DNA from: Arcobacteraceae bacterium
GTDB lineage: Bacteria; Campylobacterota; Campylobacteria; Campylobacterales; Arcobacteraceae
Assembly: GCA_048268245.1 (NCBI GenBank)
Contig: JBLWVX010000013.1
Span: 8,356-72,355, forward strand
Length of the DNA stretch: 64,000 nt
Direction of reading: 5' to 3'
Numbering within the stretch: position 1 is the stretch's first letter; every line of letters begins with the position of its first letter. The notes beneath the pieces are model-generated. The model had not been told where the DNA came from. It did no database searches and was given only the letters and a program-made list of their open reading frames with translations. A program made the translations under genes and the position numbers. Below are positions 9,180 to 18,896 of this stretch, piece after piece.

Positions 9180-10418
9180 ATGAAGAAAGATATTGTAATA
9201 GTAGGTGGTGGTTGTATAGGACTTATGAGTGCTTACTGCTTACAAAAAAGTGGAAGAGACGTAACAGTAATTGAGAAAAATGATATTACAGATGGTACAT
9301 CTTTTGGAAATGCAGGTTTATTATCTGCATTTAAAAAAGCACCTTTAAGTGCTCCTGGTGTTGTACTTGATACATTAAAGCTTATGGCAAAAGGACAATC
9401 ACCTGCAAGTGTTCATCCAACTTTTGATTTACACTTATATAAATGGCTTTTAAAATTCGCAGCTAGTGCAACTGAGTCAAGACTAAAAAGAACACTTGCC
9501 TTATTTGAAAGATATGGACAAATAAGTTTAGATATGTATGAATCAATGGTAAAAGACGATGGTATGGATTTTCATTTCTGTAAAGATGGTTTACTTATGA
9601 TCTATACTGAACAAAATACATTTGATGCAAAAGCAGCTCACTGTAATAATCCTGATGCTTATGAGATTCTTTCAAAAGAGAGAACAAAAGAGTATATGCC
9701 TATTTTAAATGAAAAAGTGATTGGTTCTATTTTATTAAAAGAAAATGGTCATGTTGATCCAGGTGAGTTTATGCTTGAGCTTAAAAAATATCTTGAAAAT
9801 CAAGGTGTAGAGTTCTTACTAAATGAAGAAGTTCAAAGATTAGAGTTTGAAGGTTCAAAAGTTAGTAAAATAAGAACATCAAAAGGCTCTTATGAAGCTG
9901 AAACTTTTATATTATCGACGGGGGCTGATGATACACTAGCTAAACAAGCAAAAAATAAGTTTATGATGACACCTGCAAAGGGATATAGTGTAACTTTTAA
10001 AATGAAAGATGAACTAAAACCAAAAACTTCATCACTTTTTGCTGATTTATTTATAGCTATGACACCAAGAAGACATACAGTTAGAATGACTTCAAAGTTA
10101 GAGCTTGGGACTACAAATCCAAAAGTTGTAAGAAAGCAAATAGATAGTATTCATAAAAACTTGGGATTATATACAAACAAATTTGAAATGAATGAGCAAG
10201 TTGAATGGACAGGGTTTAGACCTCTTACGCCAAATGATATACCAATTTTAGGTTATGATGAAAAATACAACAATCTAGTTCATGCTACGGGACTTGGATG
10301 GTTAGGTATTACATTTGCACCTGCAATTGGAAAGATAATAGGAGATGTGATTACTAAAGATGGTAAAAATGAGACTAATGTTGATGTGTTGTTATTCTCA
10401 GCATTTTATCAAGGGTAA
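9180..10418 (+). CDS. dadA: D-amino acid dehydrogenase (FAD)
   Basis: GGGCIG Rossmann motif, TSFGNAG, KGYS, WTGFRPLTPND, GLGWLGITFAP. Confidence 0.85.
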   Translation: MKKDIVIVGGGCIGLMSAYCLQKSGRDVTVIEKNDITDGTSFGNAGLLSAFKKAPLSAPGVVLDTLKLMAKGQSPASVHPTFDLHLYKWLLKFAASATESRLKRTLALFERYGQISLDMYESMVKDDGMDFHFCKDGLLMIYTEQNTFDAKAAHCNNPDAYEILSKERTKEYMPILNEKVIGSILLKENGHVDPGEFMLELKKYLENQGVEFLLNEEVQRLEFEGSKVSKIRTSKGSYEAETFILSTGADDTLAKQAKNKFMMTPAKGYSVTFKMKDELKPKTSSLFADLFIAMTPRRHTVRMTSKLELGTTNPKVVRKQIDSIHKNLGLYTNKFEMNEQVEWTGFRPLTPNDIPILGYDEKYNNLVHATGLGWLGITFAPAIGKIIGDVITKDGKNETNVDVLLFSAFYQG

Positions 10419-10448
10419 TAGATTTAAGTTATAAAAATTTAAGGAGAG

Positions 10449-11963
10449 ATGAAAATGGTGTTAAAAAAAGTATTGTTATATATGGCAGTGTTATGTCTTC
10501 CAAGCATAGTTTTTGCAGAAGAGGTTATAGGTATAGATAAACAAATAGATCAGTTTTTTAGTGATTATTTAGGATGGTTTGCTAATGCTATCTTTTTTGG
10601 AGCTTCAATTGAAGATGGTGTTTCATTTCCGCTGATTGTTGGATGGTTATTTGTTGCAGCAATTGTTTTAACTATATATTTTGGATTTATTCAATTTAGA
10701 AGATTTGGTTTAGCTGTTGATATTGTTTCTGGAAAATATACTGACCCAAAAGAAAAAAAATCTGGTGAAGTTTCACACTTTCAGGCTCTTACATCTGCAC
10801 TTTCTGGTACTGTAGGACTTGGTAATATTGCTGGTGTTGGTGTTGCTATTGCCATTGGTGGACCTGGGGCTACATTTTGGATGATTTTATGTGGTTTATT
10901 TGGTATGGCTTCAAAGTTTACTGAGTGTACATTAGCTGTAAAATATAGAAATGTAAATCCTGATGGTACAGTATCAGGTGGTCCTATGTACTACCTTTCA
11001 AAGGGTTTCAAAGATGCTGGTTATGCAACTCTTGGTAAGTTCTTTGCTATAGGTTTTGCTGTTATGACAATATTCTCAGCTCTTGGTGCTGGAAACTTAT
11101 TTCAAGGAAATCAAGCAAATGCCATGATTGTTCAAACATTTGGTATTGCTCCTGGCTATGGTTGGGTTACAGGTATTATCTTAGCAGTTTTAATAGCTAG
11201 TGTGATTATTGGGGGAATGCCTTCTATTGGATCAGTTACTTCAAAACTTGTACCATCTATGGCTTTTCTTTATATAGGAATGGCTCTAATCGTTTTAATA
11301 GCTAATTATGACAAAATTGGTTGGGCTTTTGAGCAAATACTTGTAGGGGCATTTACTGGTGCTGGTGTTGCAGGTGGATTCCTTGGGGCATTGATACAAG
11401 GTCTAAAAAGGGCAACCTTCTCAAATGAAGCAGGTGTTGGTTCTGCTGCTATTGCTCACTCAGCAGTAAAAACAAAAGAGCCTGTAACAGAAGGTTTAGT
11501 TTCATTACTTGAGCCGTTTATTGATACGGTTGTGATTTGTACGATGACTGCATTGGTTATTATTATTGCAGGAGTTAATACAGGTGAGTTAACAGGTGTT
11601 ACTTTAACATCAGCTGCATTTACACAAACATCACCAATTTTTGAATACTTATTAACACTTTGTATTGTTTTATTTGCATTCTCTACGATGATTTCATGGT
11701 CTTACTATGGATTAAAAGCATGGACTTATCTATTTGGAGAGGGTAAAAAAACTGAAATTGTTTATAAAACTATGTTTTGTTTATTTGTAGTTGTTGGTAC
11801 AAGTATTAGCTTTGGTGCAGCAATTGACTTCTCTGATGCTGCTATGTTTGCAATGTCGATTTTTAATATCATTGGGTTATACTACTTAATGCCAGTTGTA
11901 AAAAAAGAACTACAATCATATCTTTCAAGAGTTGATTCTGGTGAAATAAAAAAATATAAGTAG
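10449..11963 (+). CDS. Alanine/glycine:cation symporter (AGCS family)
   Basis: GTVGLGNIAGV, GGPGATFWM, GGPMYY, FSNEAGVGS, PFIDT. Confidence 0.9.
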   Translation: MKMVLKKVLLYMAVLCLPSIVFAEEVIGIDKQIDQFFSDYLGWFANAIFFGASIEDGVSFPLIVGWLFVAAIVLTIYFGFIQFRRFGLAVDIVSGKYTDPKEKKSGEVSHFQALTSALSGTVGLGNIAGVGVAIAIGGPGATFWMILCGLFGMASKFTECTLAVKYRNVNPDGTVSGGPMYYLSKGFKDAGYATLGKFFAIGFAVMTIFSALGAGNLFQGNQANAMIVQTFGIAPGYGWVTGIILAVLIASVIIGGMPSIGSVTSKLVPSMAFLYIGMALIVLIANYDKIGWAFEQILVGAFTGAGVAGGFLGALIQGLKRATFSNEAGVGSAAIAHSAVKTKEPVTEGLVSLLEPFIDTVVICTMTALVIIIAGVNTGELTGVTLTSAAFTQTSPIFEYLLTLCIVLFAFSTMISWSYYGLKAWTYLFGEGKKTEIVYKTMFCLFVVVGTSISFGAAIDFSDAAMFAMSIFNIIGLYYLMPVVKKELQSYLSRVDSGEIKKYK

Positions 11964-11974
11964 ATATAATTTGT

Positions 11975-12060
11975 ACAAGAAAGTGTTTTACTTTCTTGTG
12001 CTTGTATTATTTTTATGAAGACAATATAAAGTTTTGTGCTTCTTTGTATTGTCCTCATAA
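11975..12060 (+). terminator. Two tandem stem-loops between permease and alr
   Basis: ACAAGAAAGT/ACTTTCTTGT (11975-11999) and a 19-bp imperfect inverted repeat (12013-12031 with 12042-12060). Confidence 0.55.
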
Positions 12061-12093
12061 GAATAACTTTTTATAAAAATGAGAGGAAAGAGC

Positions 12094-13269
12094 GTGGAAC
12101 TAACAAGAGCTGTTTGGGCTGAAATAAACTTAGATAATTTAGCAAATAATATAAGTGAAGTAAGAAGAGTTACAAACCCTAACACAAAAATATCTGCTGT
12201 GATAAAAGCAGATGGTTATGGGCATGGAGCAGTTGCTATTGCTCAGACATTGCTTGAAAATGGAGCAGATAGATTTGCTGTTGCTACTTTAAGTGAAGCA
12301 ATACAACTAAGAAAAGAGTTTAAAGAAACTCAAATCATGGTTTTGGGATATACACCTGAATACTTAGCCAAAGAAGTAATACAAAACAATATAATCCAAA
12401 CGATATATTCACTAGAACAAGCCCAAGAGTTTTCAAAAGTAGCTAAACAACTAAATAAAGATATTGTTGTTCATATAAAAATAGATAGTGGTATGAACCG
12501 TCTTGGTATGCTTTGCAATGAAGATACAGTAAGCACAGTTTTACAGATAAGTAAGCTAGAAAACTTAGTGATTGAAGGGATTTATACACACTTCGCTGCA
12601 GCAGATGAACTAGATAAAACATATACAAAAACACAAGTAGAGAAGTTCAGTAAAATAGTAGAGCAAATAGAACAAAAAGGTTTATCTATACCTATAAAAC
12701 ATGTTTCAAATAGTGCTGCTATTATAGATATGCCTGAGTTTAACTTCGATATGGTTAGAGCAGGTATCATGCTATATGGACTATATCCATCACAAAGTGT
12801 AAATCATGAAAGAGTAAAGCTAAAAGAAGTGATGTGTCTAAAAGTAAAAATAGCCCAAGTAAAAGAAATCGAAGCAGGCTCAGGAATAAGCTACGGACTT
12901 ACTCATAAATGTAAAGACAAAACAAAAATCGCAACTCTTCCAATAGGCTATGCAGATGGCTATACAAGAATGCTTTCAAATAAAGCAAAAGTTCTAGTAA
13001 AAAACAAAAAAATTCCAGTACTAGGAAATATCTGTATGGATCAGTGTATCATAGACGTAACAGGACTTGATGTAAAAATGGGCGATGAGGTGGTACTATA
13101 TGGAGGAGATAACAAAGATGGAATCTCAATCGATAGTGTAGCAAACCTTCTAAATACAATCAACTACGAAATCGTATGTATGGTAGATAAAAGAGTTCCA
13201 AGAGTGTACCTAAAAGACAATACACAAACAAACTACAAAGACTATGTTCTATGTCTTTGTAAAGACTAA
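12094..13269 (+). CDS. alr: Alanine racemase
   Basis: VIKADGYGHG (PLP lysine), KIDSGMNRLG, SNSAA, ISYG, GYADG; GTG at 12094 follows AGAGGA. Confidence 0.9.
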   Translation: MELTRAVWAEINLDNLANNISEVRRVTNPNTKISAVIKADGYGHGAVAIAQTLLENGADRFAVATLSEAIQLRKEFKETQIMVLGYTPEYLAKEVIQNNIIQTIYSLEQAQEFSKVAKQLNKDIVVHIKIDSGMNRLGMLCNEDTVSTVLQISKLENLVIEGIYTHFAAADELDKTYTKTQVEKFSKIVEQIEQKGLSIPIKHVSNSAAIIDMPEFNFDMVRAGIMLYGLYPSQSVNHERVKLKEVMCLKVKIAQVKEIEAGSGISYGLTHKCKDKTKIATLPIGYADGYTRMLSNKAKVLVKNKKIPVLGNICMDQCIIDVTGLDVKMGDEVVLYGGDNKDGISIDSVANLLNTINYEIVCMVDKRVPRVYLKDNTQTNYKDYVLCLCKD

Positions 13270-13294
13270 CTAAAACAAATCTCAATAAACCTTA

Positions 13295-13323
13295 ATAAAA
13301 CAAAGAATAACTCTTTGTTTTAT
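13295..13323 (+). terminator. Terminator after alr
   Basis: 12-bp perfect inverted repeat ATAAAACAAAGA-ATAAC-TCTTTGTTTTAT. Confidence 0.7.
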
Positions 13324-13645
13324 CTCTTCAACTACTACATATAAAATAATAATCAAGTATATATTTATAAATAAGTGTTATAAAAACTTACTTTTTAATC
13401 CAAAATCAACTAAATAAATAATACTATAATAGTAAAATTATTTTAGGTTTGAAGACGTTTGATATATAAACTTTTTTTCATATCTTTTACAAATCAATAA
13501 AAAATATAAATCCATTTTTCTTTTTAAAATTATCGCTAAATACATTAATTTAACTATAAGCTTAGAAAAGATAGTGGATGTAATTTCTCTTATGTGGAAG
13601 TATCAAAATCGCGAATTTTATTGCAGATAAATTAAAAGGATAATT

Positions 13646-15433
13646 ATGCAAATTAATATAGAAGATATTTGGTTGAATAAAAGTGTTCAAATATACAAAA
13701 AGATAAATGATATACCTAAAAATTCTATAGAAAGATTATTTATTGATTTAGGAAAGAACAGAATTGGAAATTATGTAAAAAATGAGATAAGATTAGAATA
13801 CTCACCTAATATTTACTACTCTATATTATCATTTAAATTTGAAGAAGAACCAAGTTTTCTTCAAAGAACTGATGAAAAAGAAATAAAATATTCATATCTT
13901 TTTATTTTAGAAGCTAATGAGTACTTTTTTGTAAATAAGAAACATATAAGTAGCATAGAAAAACATTTTACTGATTATATAGAATCATTTGATTATGAAA
14001 AGTTTTCTCATTTTAAAGCTGATAAAAATCCAAAATATGAAAAAGTTTCTATTGGTAATATGTCAATTTCTGATGCCGTAATTAGATCAAGAAGTTATGA
14101 AGCTAGTAATTTAGAAGGTACTTTGCCATTATCTTCTGCTAGTAGGTCTATAGCTAGGAGTTTAAGATTAAATGATGCTGGTAAAATGTTTAGTATTACT
14201 CCAAATACATCTCGAATAAGTGAAAGAGATACAAAAATTAGTATAAATAATTACATTTCATGGTGTTTACAAATTGCAAATGAAATTTCATTAAATACAC
14301 AAAGAAGTGATTTTATTAATGGTTTTGCAAAACCAATTTCACTAGAAGATATATTATTAATCTCAAAGCCAATTGGTATTTTATTTCATTTTGAAATTAT
14401 AGAAGAACTAATAGAACTAGAAAACTTAGAATTATATATTGATAATGGCACTTCAAATCGTCTTGCTTTAAATTCTGACGAATTAAAAATGTTGTTTTTA
14501 ATTTTGAGAAAAACATTTAATATCAGAAAAAAAGAGTTAAATAGTAATGAATATGAAGTTTATAACAAACGAATAACTGTAGCTGAATTTAAGACTAATA
14601 AAAAATCAATTTCTTTCAAGGAAAGTATGTTAGATAATATTTTTTTTGATGATAGCTCTGATAATAGTTTAAAAGAATTTATTAGTTCAAATAAATATTA
14701 TTCAATAGTTTTTGATAATCCAAAATATTCTTTTATTGGTAAATATGCTTTTTTAGATAATAGTCTATTAACTAAAACAAATATCAATAAAATTTTATCT
14801 ATTTGTATAATTAATCATGGAATTGCAAATATAAATAGTGAAAAAGAGAAACCTCACTTATCTAGTTTTACTAGATTCCCAGAAGAATCATTATTTTATA
14901 AAGTGGAAGAATATTTTAATACAGGTGTATTAATTTGCGATGATATGAATGATGAATGGGCAGATCATATCAATATAACTGATAATGAAATATCTTTAAT
15001 TCATTCAAAGTTTACAACTAAAGATTCTTATGGTGCTAGTAAAATGCATGATGTAGTTTCACAAGCATTAAAGAATATAGCTAGAGTACATGCAACTATA
15101 GAAGAATATCGAAATAAATATGATACTAAATGGCAAAATACTTATGAATCAACTCAAATAAGTCGTTTGAGAAAAGATGGAAATACAGTTAATGTCAGAT
15201 TTCAAGATATTGAAGAAGCTTTAATTAAAATACATTCTAAACCAAATGCAAGGAAGAAAATATATTTAGCAACTCCTTTTTTTAGTAAAGATACGCTTGA
15301 AATAGAATTAAACAAATTTATTTCAAATTCACAGACTAATGTACATTACTTTCAATTTATTTGGCTGTTAAGTACTTTTATTAGTTCTTGCCAAGATTAT
15401 GGTGTGAATCCATATATTTTATGTAAGGATTAA
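13646..15433 (+). CDS. Uncharacterised 595-aa protein with putative C-terminal PD-(D/E)xK-like nuclease domain
   Basis: AAGGA RBS; C-terminal LICDD..DEWADH..ISLIHSK..SKMHDVVSQALKN pattern; 3 nt upstream of hamA. The ORF is solid, the function is inferred. Confidence 0.55.
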   Translation: MQINIEDIWLNKSVQIYKKINDIPKNSIERLFIDLGKNRIGNYVKNEIRLEYSPNIYYSILSFKFEEEPSFLQRTDEKEIKYSYLFILEANEYFFVNKKHISSIEKHFTDYIESFDYEKFSHFKADKNPKYEKVSIGNMSISDAVIRSRSYEASNLEGTLPLSSASRSIARSLRLNDAGKMFSITPNTSRISERDTKISINNYISWCLQIANEISLNTQRSDFINGFAKPISLEDILLISKPIGILFHFEIIEELIELENLELYIDNGTSNRLALNSDELKMLFLILRKTFNIRKKELNSNEYEVYNKRITVAEFKTNKKSISFKESMLDNIFFDDSSDNSLKEFISSNKYYSIVFDNPKYSFIGKYAFLDNSLLTKTNINKILSICIINHGIANINSEKEKPHLSSFTRFPEESLFYKVEEYFNTGVLICDDMNDEWADHINITDNEISLIHSKFTTKDSYGASKMHDVVSQALKNIARVHATIEEYRNKYDTKWQNTYESTQISRLRKDGNTVNVRFQDIEEALIKIHSKPNARKKIYLATPFFSKDTLEIELNKFISNSQTNVHYFQFIWLLSTFISSCQDYGVNPYILCKD

Positions 15434-15436
15434 TAG

Positions 15437-16321
15437 ATGTTAGAAACAGATATAAAAAAAGATTTTTTAGATTTATTTTATCATGTTATTGAAGACTATG
15501 AATTAGAGAATGCAAATAAACTTAATCTTTTCTCATTGGAAATAAAAAATACTATATTTAACATTGATTCACTTTTAGATGAATTGGATGATAATATAAT
15601 ACCCTTTATGTTGTCTAGAAAACAATTAAGAGATATGGATGATAGGTTTGGTGGTAAAAAATCAAGACAAGCAAGAACTAAATTTAGACAATTTACTTCA
15701 AATGAGGGTGAACTAGGAGAAGTATTATTATACTGTTTTTTAGAATCTCACTTGAATGCTCCTAAAATATTATCTAAGTATGAATTAAAAACATCAACTA
15801 ATGATTATATAAAAGGTGCTGATGGTGTTCACTTACTGAAAACAGATGATTCAACATTTCAATTAGTTTTTGGCGAATCTAAATTATATGGAAATTTAAA
15901 AAAAGGTATCTATGATGCTTTTTCATCAATTCTTACTTTTTTAAAAAATAAAAATGATACATATGAAGAAGAATTAATAAATTCTAATTTACAAAAAGAG
16001 GTTTTTGATGATGATTCATATAACGTTATAAAAAGTATTTTATTACCAAAAAGACGAATGTCAAGTAACATTGATTTAGATAATTCCTTTGCCATTTTCT
16101 TGGGATTTGATTATAAACTTGAAGAAAATTTAAAAGGTAAAGATGCACGAGAAAAAATAAAAAAAGATATAGAAAGTATAGTTATGGATAATATTGACTC
16201 ATTTAACTTTCAATTAAAAAAGAATGACTTGAAAGGTTATGAATTCTACATTTACACAATGCCTATTAATAATATTGAAAGTACGAGAAAAAGAATGATT
16301 GAAAGGCTATCAAATGGATAG
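15437..16321 (+). CDS. hamA: Hachiman HamA (DUF1837) nuclease
   Basis: GELGEVLLYCFLE..APKILSK..K..GADGVH..FGESKLY signature; directly upstream of an SF2 helicase. Confidence 0.85.
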   Translation: MLETDIKKDFLDLFYHVIEDYELENANKLNLFSLEIKNTIFNIDSLLDELDDNIIPFMLSRKQLRDMDDRFGGKKSRQARTKFRQFTSNEGELGEVLLYCFLESHLNAPKILSKYELKTSTNDYIKGADGVHLLKTDDSTFQLVFGESKLYGNLKKGIYDAFSSILTFLKNKNDTYEEELINSNLQKEVFDDDSYNVIKSILLPKRRMSSNIDLDNSFAIFLGFDYKLEENLKGKDAREKIKKDIESIVMDNIDSFNFQLKKNDLKGYEFYIYTMPINNIESTRKRMIERLSNG

Positions 16322-18896
16322 TAATATTTATAATAAGTTAGCTAATGATGCTATAAAAGATGGTTATTTAAATGAACTTTTATCAAAATTAGTAGAAATA
16401 AACCATCAACAAATTTTTAAGGAGTTAGAAACTTCTAGTTTATCAAATAATGAGTTTATTCATTTATTAAGATTTGCAGATATTATGTCTTGTTCTGATA
16501 AATCAGAATTTAGGAACTATTCTTTACAGATAATTAGTTTAATGTATGAAAAATATAAATATAATGAAAAATATAAAATAAGTGCATTAGCAATATTTTC
16601 AAAATTGGGTTCTTTTTTTTCAATTGACAAATTTTTAATAACTGATTCAGAGGTTAAATTACCAATAGAAAGAAGTATTGAAGCAAATATGAAAATGAAT
16701 ATTCAAATTGTACCTTTTAATAACTCTTATATTTTTACAGATAATCAATTTGAATTATATAAAAGAATTAGTGCTTCAAAAGCTTTTAGCTTTTCAGCTC
16801 CTACTTCAATGGGGAAGTCTTTTATACTAAAATCATTTTTATATAAAGTAATGCAAAATAATCCACCAGAGAATATTATAATAATGGTTCCTACTCGAGC
16901 ATTAATAAGTCAATTTTTTATAGATATAAAAAGTGAACTTCAAGATATGATTGAATTAAAAAATTATAAAATTCTAACAAACTCAAATATAGTTCAAAAT
17001 GAAGAAATTGAACATAAATATATATTAGTTTTAACGCCAGAAAGAATTTTAAGTTATATATCTTCTTTAGATAATCCCCCTATAGGGTTTTTATTTGTAG
17101 ATGAAGCCCATAAAATAGCATCTCAAAAAGATTCAAGAAGTGTTACTTCTTATTTAGCAATAGAAAAACTATTAAAGAAAAATCCAAATTTAAATTTATA
17201 TTTTTCTTCACCAAATGTATCAAACCCAAATGTATTTTTAGATATGTATGGAAAGGGTAATAATCAAAGTTATAGGCAAATAAAAGAAACATCAGTTAAC
17301 CAAAATTTATTTTATGTTGATTTAATAGAAAAATATTCTATCTTTTTTGTAAATAATACACGTAGTGACAAACAGCGATTAAAAGTATTTGATAAAGTAA
17401 ATTGTTTAAATAATTTTTTATTTGATTTACTTCTAAGTGATAATAATCTTATTTATTGTAATGGGAAAGCAAAAACAATAGAGAAAGCCAAAAGTTTTTA
17501 TGAGTTTCTATCAGTACATAAAAAGTATAAACTTGATTTATCAGAAGAACTTAGAAAAAAGCTAGATATTTCAATTTCTCAGATTAAATCTCATATTCAT
17601 AAAGATTATTATTTAGTTGAGTTTTTAGAATATGGAATTGCATATCATTTTGGTAATATTCCTCAAATTGTCAGAAATATTGTTGAAGAGTTATTTAGGA
17701 AAGGGGTAATTAAATACTTATTTTGTACTTCTACACTTTTAGAAGGTGTTAATTTACCTGCAAAAAATGTGTTAATTCTTAATAATAAGAAAAATAGATC
17801 TATCTTTGAACCTATAGATTTTTGGAACTTGGCTGGTAGGGCAGGAAGGTTTGGGATGGAACTATCTGGAAATATATTTTGTATTAGAGAAGAGGAAAAT
17901 AACTGGGAAAAAAAAGATGAACTCTTAATAAAAAATGATATTGAAATAAAACCTACTGTAAATAAAAAAATTGACTCTAATATTCAGAAAATTGAAAAAG
18001 TTTTACTTGAAAAGGATATATCTGGAACAGAAGAAGAGAAATATATTCTTAAATATATTGCTAATATGATTTGTATAGATACTTTTGATTTAGAAAATAG
18101 TTATAGAAGTCCTATTATAGAACAATTAATTAAAAATAATAAAGATAGAATTATAGAATATGCAAAAAGTAAGATTAATAAGGTTGATATTCCAAATATA
18201 ATACTTCAATCTAACCAATCTATAGATATATCAATACAAAATAAGGTTTTTAAAATTTTAAAATTAAGAAACAGTCAAGGAAAAATAATTAAACTTCCTA
18301 ATGTAATTACATATGAAACTGCAAAAATTATATTAAAAGATATGTTTAATCTCTATGATTGGGACATAAATGAAAAGTTAAAATTTAAAAGTATGGACTA
18401 TTTTGCTCTTCTTGTTACTCAATGGGTTAATGGTACAAGTTTAAATCAAATTATTAATGATTCTATTAGTTGGCATATTGATAATCAAAAAGAGATTTAT
18501 ATCAATAATAAAAGTGATGGTTTATTTAATAAAAATAATTTAATGCATGTTAATGAATTAATCAATCAGATTATAGATAATATTGAAAGAAAACTAAGAT
18601 TTGTTTTTGAAAAATATTTTACACATTATAACTCAATTTTGATTGCATTATATGGTGAAAAAAATGCAGGTGTAAATTGGGCACAATATTTAGAATACGG
18701 AACACAGAATAATGTTGTAATTATATTACAAAATCTTGGTCTTTCAAGATACACTGCTAATTTTATATATAAAAATTATAAACAAGCTTTAGTTTTAGAT
18801 AATGATGGAAACTTTCAAAAAGTTAATAAAGAATATTTATTAAATAATATTAATAAAATTTCAATTGAATTTGAAGAGATACAGAATATTTTATAG
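16314..18896 (+). CDS. hamB: Hachiman HamB Ski2-like SF2 helicase
   Basis: APTSMGKS, PTRAL, TPER, DEAH, GIAYHFG, CTSTLLEGVNLPA, NLAGRAGR; ATG at 16314 after AAAGG overlaps the hamA end by 8 nt. Confidence 0.88.
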   Translation: MDSNIYNKLANDAIKDGYLNELLSKLVEINHQQIFKELETSSLSNNEFIHLLRFADIMSCSDKSEFRNYSLQIISLMYEKYKYNEKYKISALAIFSKLGSFFSIDKFLITDSEVKLPIERSIEANMKMNIQIVPFNNSYIFTDNQFELYKRISASKAFSFSAPTSMGKSFILKSFLYKVMQNNPPENIIIMVPTRALISQFFIDIKSELQDMIELKNYKILTNSNIVQNEEIEHKYILVLTPERILSYISSLDNPPIGFLFVDEAHKIASQKDSRSVTSYLAIEKLLKKNPNLNLYFSSPNVSNPNVFLDMYGKGNNQSYRQIKETSVNQNLFYVDLIEKYSIFFVNNTRSDKQRLKVFDKVNCLNNFLFDLLLSDNNLIYCNGKAKTIEKAKSFYEFLSVHKKYKLDLSEELRKKLDISISQIKSHIHKDYYLVEFLEYGIAYHFGNIPQIVRNIVEELFRKGVIKYLFCTSTLLEGVNLPAKNVLILNNKKNRSIFEPIDFWNLAGRAGRFGMELSGNIFCIREEENNWEKKDELLIKNDIEIKPTVNKKIDSNIQKIEKVLLEKDISGTEEEKYILKYIANMICIDTFDLENSYRSPIIEQLIKNNKDRIIEYAKSKINKVDIPNIILQSNQSIDISIQNKVFKILKLRNSQGKIIKLPNVITYETAKIILKDMFNLYDWDINEKLKFKSMDYFALLVTQWVNGTSLNQIINDSISWHIDNQKEIYINNKSDGLFNKNNLMHVNELINQIIDNIERKLRFVFEKYFTHYNSILIALYGEKNAGVNWAQYLEYGTQNNVVIILQNLGLSRYTANFIYKNYKQALVLDNDGNFQKVNKEYLLNNINKISIEFEEIQNIL

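Noticed and set aside
13250..15433. Alr and orf595 both end in LCKD, suggesting a target-site duplication
   Set aside because: Nucleotides differ (ctttgtaaagactaa vs ttatgtaaggattaa) and a terminator follows alr; most likely coincidence
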